Shown in pieces: positions 24,998 to 39,500 of a stretch of DNA of 64,000 nucleotides. This DNA is from Macrostomum hystrix. Taxonomy: Eukaryota > Animalia > Platyhelminthes. Both the position numbers and the translations under genes were made by a program. Position 1 is the stretch's first letter; each line of letters opens with the position of its first letter. A model generated the notes under the pieces. It was not told where the DNA came from. It did not search any database and was given only the letters and a program-made list of their open reading frames with translations. The stretch lies in the NCBI GenBank assembly GCA_950097015.1, contig CATNEN010000039.1, positions 9,672,001-9,736,000 on the forward strand. The letters are read 5' to 3'.

Positions 24998-27900
24998 ATG
25001 AATTTTGACTTCTTCCTGAAAGTCAACCAATTCAGGGTGAGCTTCGGTCAGTACGCAGCTGCCGAGGATTTCATCGACGTGCTAAACTACATGATCACTC
25101 CCACCATTCTGATCTTCTTTGCTGGCATTTCCGCCACCAAGCAGTACTTGTTCACGCCGATCCAATGCTGGACACTCAAGGAGACGGAGGGTTCCCAGCG
25201 GATGGAGTACATTGAGAATCTGTGCTGGATTGAGAACATGTACTACTGGCCAATGGACGAGACTTTGATGCTGGGATCCACGAAGAAGAGAGAGGAAAGG
25301 ACTATATGTGAGTAGTGGCTTTGAGGGGAGATGGGAGGGAGAATAGGGGAGAAATTTTAGCTGAGATGGGGGAGATTTGGGGAGAAACTAGGGAGGAGAT
25401 GGGAGGGAGATAAGAGGAGAGATTTCTCGGGAGATGGGAGAGAGATTAGGAGGGAGAATTGGGCAGATAAAGTGCGAAAGAAGTCCTTAAAGAAAAAGCA
25501 AGACGGAGATAGCCTAGGAGAATGAGTTTGTCTCCTAGAAATGACAAGCTTAATTAATGTAAAAGAATGTTGCTAAATGTTGAGCGAACCAAATAGACAA
25601 GGAAGACCTAAAATAGAGAAGAGACCAGTATGAGAACCTGCGCTGCGGGTCTACACAACACAAGGGTGCCTCAAGGCGAGACGCCATTAGGGTTAGTGAA
25701 TGTGAGACACACACACCAAGCTGCAGAACTCGATTCAGAGCATGGCTTAGCCATGCAGCTACCAGAAAATTGCATTAGCAGGCCTTGCTGACAGTGAGGG
25801 CTTGGCTATAGCTAAGCGGCCGATCAAAGAGCTCCCCGCTCTCGGGGTGGTGGCTGTTAAGTAACTCGACCAGGGCCTCTGGGGCTGAGGCTGTGGCTGT
25901 GCAGACACTGGCATGGAGGTGGACAGTGTGAAATAGGTTTGGTGAGTGTGCTTTGGAAAAACTTGAGTTTATAATTTGGGATATTTTGGAATCAAGGGAA
26001 TGCCATTAGTATTTATGAGACTTAAAAAAATCTTTGAAACGATCCTTAGGCAAGGATCTTATAAGGTCGAATCCAACAATCCAAAAGATATCATTAGTTG
26101 TCTATGGTCTTTTTCGACCAAAACGGCCCTATGGTTGGGAAGAAAAGGCCGCGTCTGTTATAAACAGAGACATAGTTTATTGTCTATGGTAATTTTTATT
26201 TGTCATTGGATACAGTTTAACCATAGACTAATATCTAGCGTGTAGCAAAAAGGATTATTACAATACTCCACGAGGCCTAAGACATTCCAACCGGTGGAAG
26301 TCGTTGACAAGGTATCCAGTTTGTCGATGTTGATAGCACATGCTAGATAACCGCTAGCTAATCTGTAACTAGACACCGCTCCCTGGAGATTGGACCATGG
26401 CAAGACGGGCATGCTTGCTCACACTCGATTCGATAATTCTCTCCAATGTCTGTCTGTGTTTGTGTGTGCGCGAATCGCACACCAGCCAAGTCAATGTTTC
26501 CTCATTTTTTTTATCATTTCCCGCTCGAAACGAAGCGAAAACATTCGCCTGGAAATTAGCAGGCCTATCTGAACTAATCCCACAGTATCGTGCTCGTGTT
26601 TGCCGGCCGTGTGTCCATTAACCGGGTTTTCAGCCAGTTGTCTCTCGTATGATTAATGAAACAGAGTACTAGACTGGTGGAAATGATCCAAGCCAGGTTC
26701 CAAAAACACAGACGACAATCCGCTTTTGGTTAGCGGCTATTTCAAAGGTTCTGACCAAGCGACCATTGATAAAGGCGAGGTTGAGCCAAGTGAAGTTGAG
26801 TCGCGGAGCTGTCCAACGCGTTTACCTATCGCATCAAGGTCCCTCAGCTCGATTCCGCGGCGAGGCCACATCAATTTTGGGGCGCAGCCGCGGAGAGAAG
26901 GCTTGGGGGCTTGTCGCTAAATTTAAGCCCTAGAAGACCAACTCCGAATGCACAATGAGAGTCAAAACAGATGTACGCACCTGTGTGCGTGCTTTTGCCT
27001 TGCCTCCTCGCTAGCTGTGGGTCTAGTGTCACCAACTAGTCAGAGTTCAGGATGAAAGCGCGACAAGTTTGGGTTATTCAGGTCGAACTGAGCCCAATAT
27101 GGTAGTGAGCTTATCTTGAGTTTATCTCGAGTCCAGCTGCCGGGCGCGTGCCTGATTGAGTTGATCCTGTCTCAGTTCAGGTGCAAATCTCTCTGCGAGT
27201 CGATATTGCGTTCATGGCCCAGCCTCAGCTATGGGGATAAATTTGACAGGCTGAATGCAGTGTCAACACTGGACCAACTGATAGAGGCAAAGTAAATGCA
27301 ATACCTAGTGAGTCGGATGGCAGAATGTCAAATAGGAATCATGAGTCACAGAAAATGTTAGTAGGAGTAGAGCAGAGAAATAGGAAATTCAGCCTAGTCC
27401 CATTGGGCCGCAGATATGACGCAACGCTTCCAAAGGGTGTGTACAGCTGTTCAGTCTGTGGACTGGGGAAGCAGCCACAACCTTGACAGAATGTAATCTT
27501 ATTGTAGTGCCTATGTTTCTTAGGTTGACTGCTCGCCAAGGCCGTTGTGTTTGAGGCCGGTTTGTTTGGCTCGGCCCTTGGCCTCGTCCTTCTCTCCCTC
27601 CTCCCCCGGCCCTGCTCAGGGTGCCCTGTGCCGCCATCTGATTGGCTGGGCGCCGGCATTACTGCGAGGTAGTTATTGCATACAAATAAACGAAATCGAA
27701 TGTCTGCTTTCCGACCCGTAAGCGCTGCATTCGTGTCTTTTCTTTCGGAGTGCCAGGCCTGTACGGAGTACTGTATCTTACTTTGGAATTACAGTGTGAT
27801 TATAGTAGTTATTCACTACATTCTCATCTCTCAAATTCAAAATTTGAAGTGCTAAAGGTTGGCATCAGTGATATATCCTTATCTGGTCGCACACGAACTT

Positions 27901-30900
27901 CGCAAGCCTCTCGTCAAACAGCTTGACATTTCGACACCTCAGCAGCCAGCAGTGGTTGGCAATCTATAGCAGCAAAAAGGATAGAGAAAGCAGTGTCGAA
28001 ACAGAGAATCAAGAATTCTGCGCACCGCTTCGAGTTGCCAAGACCGACGCATCATCAAACTTGTCTGTTCCCCCCGTTGAAAACTGAAATGAAAGCATCT
28101 GGGCTTTAGAAAGTGCGGGATCCTATTGCAGTTATATTGACCAAGCCAAGCCATCGAAAATGAAAACAAGGACTAGGAAGGTGGCGGCTAACACCGAAGC
28201 CGCAACCGACCCTCGCCGGAGCGTGTCAATAAGAAAGTGCAGACAAGGCCAGATGGCTTGTAAACAGGCTACTTTTCTTCTTGGGGTGGTGTTTCTTTTG
28301 TTCGTGAAACATGTTTCAGGAAGCCAGGCAGACCAGTAGATGAACTAAGTGCACTTTCAAGCCTCACCAGAATTGAAAACGCATTTTCTGATTGAACTTT
28401 AACGAGTCCAAGAGACTCATTAGAGCTCTGAAGTGAAGGAATTGGCGTTGGTACGAGACGAACAGACTAATTGATAGATTACTGTAGTACTGAAATACTC
28501 GTTGGTAGAGTTCTGTCGCACGGACAGACTCGTTGGTAGATTACTGTCGCACTGACAGACTCGTTGGTAGATTACTGTCTCACGGACAGACTCGTTGGTA
28601 GAGTACTGTCTCACGGACAGACTCGTTGGTAGAGTACTGTCGCACTGACATACTCGTTGGTAGATTACTGTCGCACTGACATACTCGTTGGTAGAGTACT
28701 GTCGCACTGACAGACTCGTTGGTAGATTACTGTCGCACTGACAGACTCATTGGTAGAGTACTGTCGCACTGACAGACTCATTGGTCGAGTACTGTCGCAC
28801 TGACAGACTCATTGGTAGAGTACTGTCGCACTGACAGACTCATTGGTAGATTACTGTCGCACTGACATACTCGTTGGTAGAGTACTGTCGCACTGACAGA
28901 CTCGTTGGTAGATTACTGTCGCACTGACAGACTCGTTGGCAGAGTACTGTCGCACTGATAGACTCGTTGGTAGAGTACTGTCGCACTGACAGACTCGTTG
29001 GTAGATTACTGTCGCACTGACAGACTCATTGGTAGATTACTGTCGCACTGACATACTCGTTGGTAGAGTACTGTCGCACTGACAGACTCGTTGGTAGATT
29101 ACTGTCGCACTGACAGACTCATTGGTAGATTACTGTCGCACTGACAGACTCATTGGTAGATTACTGTCGCACTGACATACTCGTTGGTAGAGTACTGTCG
29201 CACTGACAGACTCATTGGTAGAGTACTGTCGCACTGACAGACTCATTGGTAGATTACTGTCGCACTGACATACTCGTTGGTAGATTACTGTCGCACTGAC
29301 AGACTCGTTGGTAGATTACTGTCGCACTGACAGACTCATTGGTAGATTACTGTCGCACTGACATACTCGTTGGTAGAGTACTGTCGCACTGACAGACTCA
29401 TTGGTAGAGTACTGTCGCACTGACATACTCGTTGGTAGATTACTGTCGCACTGACAGACTCGTTGGTAGATTACTGTCGCACTGACAGACTCATTGGTAG
29501 ATTACTGTCGCACTGACATACTCGTTGGTAGAGTACTGTCGCACTGACAGACTCATTGGTAGAGTACTGTCGCACTGACATACTCGTTGGTAGAGTACTG
29601 TCGCACTGACAGACTCATTGGTAGAGTACTGTCGCACTGACAGACTCATTGGTAGAGTACTGTCGCACTGACAGACTCATTGGTAGATTACTGTCGCACT
29701 GACAGACTCGTTGTTAGATTGTAATGCTGAAAGGCACTAGAGAGTGTTGAATTATCAGACAGTTCAGATGAGGATAGCAGCCTCAAAAATGCATTTCCAA
29801 CCCAACCCCTCGCCTTTCTAGACTACTACCAGTGGATTCCATTTGTTCTGGCACTGCAAGCGGTGTTGTTCTACCTGCCCCGCATCTGCTGGCTGTTCTT
29901 AAGCAACCGGTTCGGCACCAGCATCATGGACATCATCCGCTTCTCGATGTCAGCCGCCACTGTGGAGCAGGATAAGCGGCAGCGGCTTGTCGGCTTTCTG
30001 GCCGCCCACCTGGAGAAGCTGCTGTTCCATGTACAGCCCTACCGTCGCGGCCGGTGGCAACAGGTGAAAAGCCGGTGCGCCCACGTGCTGCCTTGCCTGG
30101 TGCTGACTCGGCGCACAGGCTTCGTGCTAGTCGGCTCCTACCTGCTGGTGAAGCTGCTATATGTCAAGGTGGCCATCATGCAGATGCTCATCATGGAACG
30201 CTTTCTGGGCATGAACGGCACCAACTGGGGCTTCAACCTGTTGGACGACCTGGTACGTCGTCGGACGTGGCAGAGGACCGGCGTTTTTCCCCGGGTCACG
30301 CGGTGCGAAGTTCACTTTGAATACGTAGGCGTTGTCAACAGTTACATCCTGCAGTGCGTCCTGCCAAACAACATGCTCAACGAAAAGATGTACATCTTCC
30401 TCTGGTTCTGGGTCTGGGCTCTGGCAGTCTTCACTTCGTTCTCCTTCGTGTCCTGGGCCGTCACCTCAACAATGCGCGCCTCTCGGCGCTCCTTCATCAA
30501 GAAATACCTGAAGATCATGACTAGCATTCAATCCGAGGAGAAGGCCTTGGCCAAGAAGTTTGTCAACAGTTTCTTGCGCTACGACGGCATTTTCCTGCTG
30601 CGCATGATCAGTCACAACGCCGGCGACTTGGTCACAGCGGAGATTGTCCACGAAATCTGGATGCGCTATCGGTCGAAGAAGACTGACGAGATTGATGCCT
30701 GCGGTCTGCCGGCCCTTCTACCGCCGGAGCGGCCGCCGAGGTCGTCTAGCAAACAGCGGCATCGTCAACATCAACACCAGCATCAGCAACAGCAACCACC
30801 GCCACCGCCACAGCTTCAGCCGCAGATGATGTCGATGCCGTTGCCGGCTCGCGGCATTCAAGCGCAGCCGCTGCCACCGAAGCGAACGCCCAGTGGCGGT

Positions 30901-30987
30901 GGGGGCGGCTCCGTCAGCAGCCATAGTGGCGTCGGCGGAGATTTGAACGCACCGGCGTGCGGTGACGACAGCGCCAGCTATGTGTGA
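24998..30987 (+). CDS. Innexin gap-junction protein; coding exons 24998-25307 and 29822-30987 (491 aa), Q/H/P-rich C-tail
   Basis: EDFID.LNY, KQY..PIQCW, ENLCW; the YYQW signature follows the phase-1 junction (T|gtgag ... ctag|AC TAC TAC CAG TGG); FPRVTRC, QCVLPNNMLNEKMYIFLWFW, FLRYDGIFLLRMI. Confidence 0.95.
28440..29720. repeat. 31 bp minisatellite TTGGTAGAGTACTGTCGCACTGACAGACTCG in the innexin intron
   Basis: Tandem periodicity. Confidence 0.97.
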
Positions 30988-32869
30988 TGCTAAGCCTCGT
31001 GCGATGCGAAATCATTTTATTTTTTTCATTTTCTTGCTGAGGTCATGAAGCACTCAGTTAGTCAGAGGTCGATGAGTCCAGTAGATTAGTTGAAGATTAT
31101 CATTACCGCTGATTTGCACTGGGGGTAAATTTTTAACTCAATGGGGTTCACTATTGCTAGTCCTGTAATACTAATTTTGCCCATATGAACAATTTCAGTT
31201 GGAATTAAGAATTTAAGAGTTTGCAGTGGGAAAGCAAGCGGTAATAATAAGTAAAGTTAAAGTTGTTAATTCTTTGTCTAAAGCTTGCATAGGTTAATGC
31301 GCCTAAGTAACAGAATCTTGTATTTTTGCAAGAAAAAACTAACACTTTTGGCTTTTATAATCCACCAAATTTAATTTTATCAATTCACAAATAGGACGTG
31401 CAAGAAGGTACAGTTACCTTAGCAGCTGCTTAGAAGTATATATTAGAAAGACCTCGGGCTGGTATAGCTGGTAAAAAACGCATTTTTTCTGTATATTTCA
31501 AATTAGTTTTTGCTCTATCCCATGAAACAACTGCCAGAATCACACAAATCAGCATCATCGAAATATTCAACGATTCTCGTCGGGGTGTCTTGTGCAAAAA
31601 CCACCAATTATAGGGTCTTCGAAAGCATCGCTGAACATCTCGACTGTGCTGACTCGGACGACTTTGAAAGTTAGCTCATGGTAAAGGGTGAAAAAATGCA
31701 GATAGTGGACTTCACAAAACTCGGTCATTCGGTTTGGGAGCTATCGTGAAGTAGGCAGTGGATAATTGAAATACCCCCGTGGTCTTTACCCATAGGGAAA
31801 ACAGCATGGTCTTTGTACTGTTAAGGAATGAGCTCTGAACATGATGTTAACATATTAACAGAATTATGATGTTAACTGCATTTGATTTGCCGCTAGCCAG
31901 TCAAAATGTCTTTCGGTCACGGCCAATCAGATTCCAAGAGTAAAATGCAGAAATGAGGTTGACGCAGATTAGGGGTAGATAAAAAGTGACCGATAATGCC
32001 ATCCAATCAGCATTGGCTAACGGCTCCGAGGGTGCGAAAACTCATCTGCGGTCCTTCGCGCCCCCCGCCCACCATCCAATCAGGCGCAGCAGTCGAGGGC
32101 CTCGTGCACTTCCGGCGTTCTGTGCTTGAACTTTTCGATGTGAGGGCGTCCAGTCAGACCCTGCAATTAACCGCACGTTCCAAGCTGTGTCGCAATTAAA
32201 ACACAACAGTCTCTCTGCCTGCTCGCATTGACTAATTTCCAGCCGCATGATGAAGCATCTACTAACCAAATGGTCTACTAACCAACTGACATGAGTAGCA
32301 GGATGCGCGCTTTCCTACCGAAGTTTATGCTTTTTCATGATTATTTTTCTTTTCTGCTTTCATTATTCTTGTCGTATAGAAAAAATTGGTTGCCTAAGAA
32401 TTCCTGCAAACTAAACTCGTCAAAATTGGCTTTTTTATTAAAATATTAAATTATATTGCCTACTTACTAAGCACAAAACTGTTTTTAAATTAATGATGTG
32501 TAATAAAGGCGCAATTTCTCTATCTGTTTTACATATAATACCCTCAGCTACTGTCGATATGCAGATTAACAAATATTGAAGATTATTTCTATTAATAATT
32601 AATTTTGCTTTGTTTGACTTTTGGTAGGACAGTATTATATTAACATTTTGATGTCCAGCTTTTCTAAATTATATTTTATAATGTTTGCTAAATATGCATT
32701 GAGCAAGATAAATGTATACATTTACGCATATTATCTAATAAACAGAGCATAGTCTTGTTACTAAGTGGATATTAACTGCAAAGGTCGATTTGCGACTTGA
32801 TTTCTGCTTGAAGTGACGTCACCAAAATGTTAAAGATTTCATTCTAGAAATAAAAAATTACAACAAATA

Positions 32870-33300
32870 AACCGAAACCTGTTAGACAGTATAGCAAACC
32901 TGTTAGACAGTATACCAAACCTGTTAGACAGTATAGCAATTCTGTTAGACAGTATACCAAACCTGTTAGACAGTATACCAAACCTGTTAGACAGTATACC
33001 AAACCTGTTAGACAGTATACCAAACCTGTTAGACAGTATACCAAACCTGTTAGACAGTATACCAAACCTGTTAGACAGTATACCAAACCTGTTAGACAGT
33101 ATACCAAACCTGTTAGACAGTATACCAAACCTGTTAGACAGTATAGCAATTCTGTTAGACAGTATACCAAACCTGTTAGACAGTATACCAAACCTGTTAG
33201 ACAGTATACCAAACCTGTTAGACAGTATACCAAACCTGTTAGACAGTATACCAAACCTGTTAGACAGTATACCAAACCTGTTAGATAATATACCAAACCT
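32870..33300. repeat. 21 bp minisatellite AAACCTGTTAGACAGTATACC
   Basis: Tandem periodicity. Confidence 0.97.
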
Positions 33301-33500
33301 TAGAAATAAAAAAATACAAAATATTTGACTTGCATTAGAAAGCACATTATCAGGTGTTTCCAACTTTTCCCTTCAAAGCTTATTTTTTTACATTTGTTTA
33401 GTTGGCAAGACAAAATTTTAGAGTTTAAAATATTAAGGATTAAGTTTCAGTCAGATACTACTAATAAGTAGTATCGAGCTACATTAGAACACACTTTTCA

Positions 33501-36500
33501 CTACACAGCCGTGTCCTTCTGCCTCTCATCATAGTCGTCTTCCTTGTTGACCAGCCGGTACGCCGCTGTCACAGTCGGGCCAGCAAAGCGTCTCTCGTCG
33601 CCAGCTGGTTGCCTAGCAACTGCGGCTGGCGCTCGGAGACGAAGCGTTGAGCAGCTGGCCAGCTGAGAGAGAGCTAGCCGGAACTGCTCAGACATGCCGT
33701 AGTAGAATATGAAGTTGATGCTGTGGTTGAACAGTGTCATCAGGTCGAAGACGTCACCGAGTGGATCGTAGTAGCGTTTCGAGTAGCAATCCCTATGCTG
33801 TGAGCTGCCCAGGGATATGAGCATGATGGCCTGCGAGCAGAGCAAGATTATGAGGGAAAAATTTAGATGTTTCTTAATTTTGTAAAACACAACACACGAC
33901 TTAAAGATCTGGGGTTCGATTCCCGACTTGGAAAAATTGTGTCCTTTTGCAAGACCCTTATCTCCGCATTGCTTCAGTTCACCCAGCTGTTAAATGGGCA
34001 CCAGCATCACCTGGGGTAATTAATGGGGCGTGTGGCGTCTCCCAGTCCATGGACTGAACAGCCGTACTCATCCATCAGATGCGCCGTGCTGTCGGCTGCA
34101 CATCTGGCCTATACTAATTGGGGCAGGTGTAATCAACATTAGTTTCAATTATTATGATATTTCTAGTCTATCTCATAAATGAAAGTACAAATAGATTGCT
34201 AATCTATCTCATAGATTAAGGAATAGAATGGATAGAATAGATAGAATAGAATAGAATAGAATCTAATCTATCCCGTGGATAAAGGAACATAAGGGTTTGC
34301 TAATCTATCCCACGGAAGAAGGGATAGAATGGATTGCTAATCTATCCCACGGAAGAAGAGATAGAATGGATTGCTAATCTATCCCACGGAAGAAGGGATA
34401 GAATGGATTGCTAATCTATCCCACGGAAGAAGGGATAGAATGGATTGCTAATCTATCCCACGGAAGAAGAGATAGAATGGATTGCTAATCTATCCCACGG
34501 AAGAAGGGATAGAATGGATTGCTAATCTATCCCACGGAAGAAGGGATAGAATGGATTGCTAATCTATCCCGTGGATAAAGGAACATAAGCGATTGCTAAT
34601 CTATCCTATGAATAAAGGGATAGAATGGATTGCTAATCTATCCCATTGATGAAGGCTCTAAATGGATTGCTAATCCATTGCATCAGTGCTGCAGCAGGGC
34701 AGTAATGAGTAAATGTCAGAGTTAATCTCTCTGCACTCTGCAGTAGTTCGTATGTTTGGGATCAGGGCTTTTTCACAGTATCTGCGCAGCCGCAGGTCCG
34801 TCTGTTCCAGTGATTCTCCGGCCTTTCCAAGAAAATCGGTGGGGGAGGTGGGGAATAAGCGCGGGGCGAGGAGGTCAGGACAGGCAGGCAGATGTGAAGG
34901 CCGACTGTCAGACTGTCTCAGCTGAGTCCTCTCTGTCCCACTCAGCTAATCTCTTCTCTAATTCCCATTCTCAATCCCACCAATACCATTTCAATGGCGA
35001 GCTGCCGTTTTCCTAATCCTTGGCCTAGTACTCAGCCACGAGTTTGCATCCTTTTTTCCCGATGACTGCCAGGAATTGAGCTCAATTGGATCAATTGAGT
35101 CACTAAAAATCATGCTTAAATATGAACTGACAGCCAAACAGTTTCTGAGATTCGAATCCAGGACCTCATAGGAGCTTTAGCGAAGCTCATATTGCCAAAA
35201 TAATCCTAAAATCTTCCATCAACAAACGGATTCGCAAAAGCGAGAATCATCAAAGGGACGCTGAGCCTTCTTTATCCCAGCTAAAAATCCCCGCTGCGAA
35301 AAAAATCGATTGAGTCTCGCACACTGCTTTGCCCGGTTGAGAAGTCAGGATTTTGTACTTATATTTTAGAGCTGCTTTCGTTTTTCAACGCCGAAGAATT
35401 GATTTAAGGAAGCATCGGAACGTGAGCAGCCAGGGAGACAGAAGTATTAAAAGCTCAGCTTGGACTCATGACGGCATTGAGCAACAGGGCGAGAAAATAG
35501 TGTGCCTCAGACTGGGAGACTGAATCTGATACAAGAGTGACTGAATCTGATACAAGAGTGACTGAATCTGATACAAGAGTGACTGAATCTGAAACAAGAG
35601 TGACTGAATCTGATACAAGAGTGACTGAATCTGATACAAGAGTGACTGAATCTGATACAAGAGTGACTGAATCTGATACAAGAGTGACTGAATCTGAAAC
35701 AAGAGTGACTGAATCTGATACAAGAGTGACTGAATCTGAAACAAGAGTGACTGAATCTGAAACAAGAGTGACTGAATCTGATACAAGAGTGACTGAATCT
35801 GATACAAGAGTGACTGAATCTGAAACAAGAGTGACTGAATCTGATACAAGAGTGACTGAATCTGATACAAGAGTGACTGAATCTGATACAAGAGTGACTG
35901 AATCTGATACAAGAGTGACTGAATCTGATACAAGAGTGACTGAATCTGATACAAGAGTGACTGAATCTGATACAAGAGTGACTGAATCTGATACAAGAGT
36001 GACTGAATCTGATACAAGAGTGACTGAATCTGATACAAGAGTGACTGATTCTGAAACAAGAGTGACTGAATCTGATACAAGAGTGACTGAATTTGAAACA
36101 AGAGTGACTGAATCTGAAACAAGAGTGACTGAATCTGAAACAAGAGTGACTGATTCTGAAACAAGAGTGACTGAATTTAAAACAAGAGTGACTGAATCTG
36201 ATACAAGAGTGACTGAATCTGATAAAGGAGTGACTGAATCTTATACAAGAGTGACTGAATCTGATGCAAGAGTGACTGAGTCCGACACAAGAGTGACTGA
36301 ATCTTATACAAGAGTGACTGAATCTGATATATGATATAGTAGGGACAGAATCTGATACAAGAGTGACTGAATCTTATACAAGAGTGACTGAATCTGATAT
36401 ATGATATAGTAGGGACAGAATCTTATACAAGAGTGACCGAATCTTATACAAGAGTGACTGAATCTTATACAAGAGTGACTGAATCTGATATATGATATAG

Positions 36501-39500
36501 TAGGGACAGAATCTTATACAAGAGTGACTGAATCTTATACAAGAGTGACTGAATCTTATACAAGAGTGACTGAATCTTATACAAGAGTGACTGAATCTTA
36601 TACAAGAGTGACTGAATCTGATATATGATATAGTAGGGACAGAATCTTATACAAGAGTGACTGAATCTTATACAAGAGTGACTGAATCTTATACAAGAGT
36701 GACTGAATCTGATATATGATATAGTAGGGACAGAATCTTATACAAGAGTGACTGAATCTTATACAAGAGTGACTGAATCTTATACAAGAGTGACTGAATC
36801 TTATACAAGAGTGACTGAATCTTATACAAGAGTGACTGAATCTGATATATGATATAGTAGGGACAGAATCTTATACAAGAGTGACTGAATCTTATACAAG
36901 AGTGACTGAATCTTATACAAGAGTGACTGAATCTTATACAAGAGTGACTGAATCTGATATATGATATAGTAGGGACAGAATCTTATACAAGAGTGACTGA
37001 ATCTTATACAAGAGTGACTGAATCTTATACAAGAGTGACTGAATCTGATATATGATATAGTAGGGACAGAATCTGATACAAGAGTGACTGAATCTTATAC
37101 AAGAGTGACTGAATCTGATATATGATATAGTAGGGACAGAATCTGATACAAGAGTGACTGTATCTGATATATGATATAGTAGGGACAGAATCTTATACAA
37201 GAGTGACTGAATCTTATACAAGAGTGACTGAATCTTATACAAGAGTGACTGAATCTGATATATGATATAGTAGGGACAGAATCTGATACAAGAGTGACTG
37301 TATCTGATATATGATATAGTAGGGACAGAATCTGATATAAGAGTGACTGAATCTGATATATGATATAGTAGGGACAGAATCTTATACAAGAGTGACTGAA
37401 TCTTATACAAGAGTGACTGAATCTTATACAAGAGTGACTGAATCTTATACAAGAGTGACTGAATCTGATATATGATATAGTAGGGACAGAATCTGATACA
37501 AGAGTGACTGAATCTGATATATGATATAGTAGGGACAGAATCTGATACAAGAGTGACTGAATCTTATACAAGAGTGACTGAATCTGATATATGATATAGT
37601 AGGGACAGAATCTTATACAAGAGTGACTGAATCTTATACAAGAGTGACTGAATCTTATACAAGAGTGACTGAATCTTATACAAGAGTGACTGAATCTGAT
37701 ATATGATATAGTAGGGACAGAATCTGATACAAGAGTGACTGAATCTGATATATGATATAGTAGGGACAGAATCTGATACAAGAGTGACTGAATCTGATAT
37801 ATGATATAGTAGGGACAGAATCTGATACAAGAGTGACTGAATCTTATACAAGAGTGACTGAATCAGTTTATAAAGCCGTAATTTGCAGCAAGCTCGTAAG
37901 TCAATTGTGTCCCGGGCACACCCGGGATTCTCTTAAATCAAACTGGCATTTGCATCTATAGCAGTGATTATTTCAGATTGAAACGCAACAGCTGGAACGA
38001 AATGAGAGACAAGGAGAGAGAAGTCAATATCCGTTTTTGCAACCACGGTAGAAATTGAGAAGGAAGACATAGCATTGTAAATAAATTGAAATTTAGGAAA
38101 CAGTGCGTTAGAAAAACTAGATCCGAGCGTAATTCGGTGAGGGGGGATTCTGGGAAAGTGTCATTTCAGGGTTTCGGTACAAAGAAAGAATTGCAAAGCA
38201 GGTGTTGCCTCTTATATAATAAAAGTTCCGTTACTGTCGGGCTGGACATCTGTGAGACGCAGACGCGGAAAAAATCCCTATTTGAATATTAATAATGCAA
38301 ACGAGCCCAAACGGCTACAGATTGTCGGAGTTGCCTAGGAAATCTTAGGCAAAATCGGTACTCAAGTCACGCCGTAGTTGAGACAGTCGATCATCCCTTC
38401 AGCCTCAGGATATTCTTCCCACACAGAAACGTCAGATTATAAGAATGATACAATTAGGTTACTACGAGTATCATATATTGCCTGGCTTGGAGGACAATAT
38501 AAAGATTGAGTAGAAAATTCATCAAAGATTGCTCTTCGATCGATAATGGCTGATAGGGTACGAGCAACAAATTTAGAGATCGAATCAAGTTTGTAAAAAG
38601 AGAGATGAGGAAGGTGCAGGGGTGGCGGAGCCCTAGTCAAGATAAGGACAGAGAGGGGGTGGCGGAGCCCTAGTCTAGATAAGGACAGTGAGAGGGTGGC
38701 GGAGCCCTAGTCTAGATTAGGACAGAGAGGGGGTGGCGGAGCCCTAGTCTAGATAAGGACAGAGAGGGGGTGGCGGAGCCCTAGTCTAGATAAGGACAGA
38801 GAGGGGGTGGCGGAGCCCTAGTCTAGATAAGGACAGAGAGGGGGTGGCGGAGCCCTAGTCTAGATAAGGACAGAGAGGGGGTGGCGGAGCCCTAGTCTAG
38901 ATAAGGACAGAGAGGGGGTGGCGGAGCCCTAGTCTAGATAAGGACAGAGAGGGGGTGGCGGAGCCCTAGTCTAGATAAGGACAGAGAGGGGGTGGCGGAG
39001 CCCTAGTCTAGATAAGGACAGAGAGGGGGTGGCGGAGCCCTAGTCAAGATAAGGACAGAGAGGGGGTGGCGGAGCCCTAGTCTAGATAAGGACAGAGAGG
39101 GGGTGGCGGAGCCCTAGTCTAGATAAGGACAGAGAGGGGGTGGCGGAGCCCTAGTCAAGATTAGGACAGAGAGTGAGTGGCGGAGCCCAAATTTAGACAG
39201 GCACAGAGAATGCTGAAGCTACTCACCTGTGGCCAAATGCAGACTGCGCTAACCATCACAATGATGATGAGAATCTTGGTCGTACGGTTTGTCTGTCTGT
39301 CTGTCTCGGCGTGGTGTCCGGCCGCGGCTGAAGAGCTGACGTCACCGATTGTGGCAGCGGACGCGGCTGCGGCAGCGGTGGCGCAGGAGGAGGAGCCCGC
39401 TCCAGAACGGAGCACCTTCCGTCTGGCGTGAGTCCGCCTCAGGGACCGGATGAGGAAGACGCTGAGAATGGTGAGCAGGAGCACGGGCATGAATTTGATG

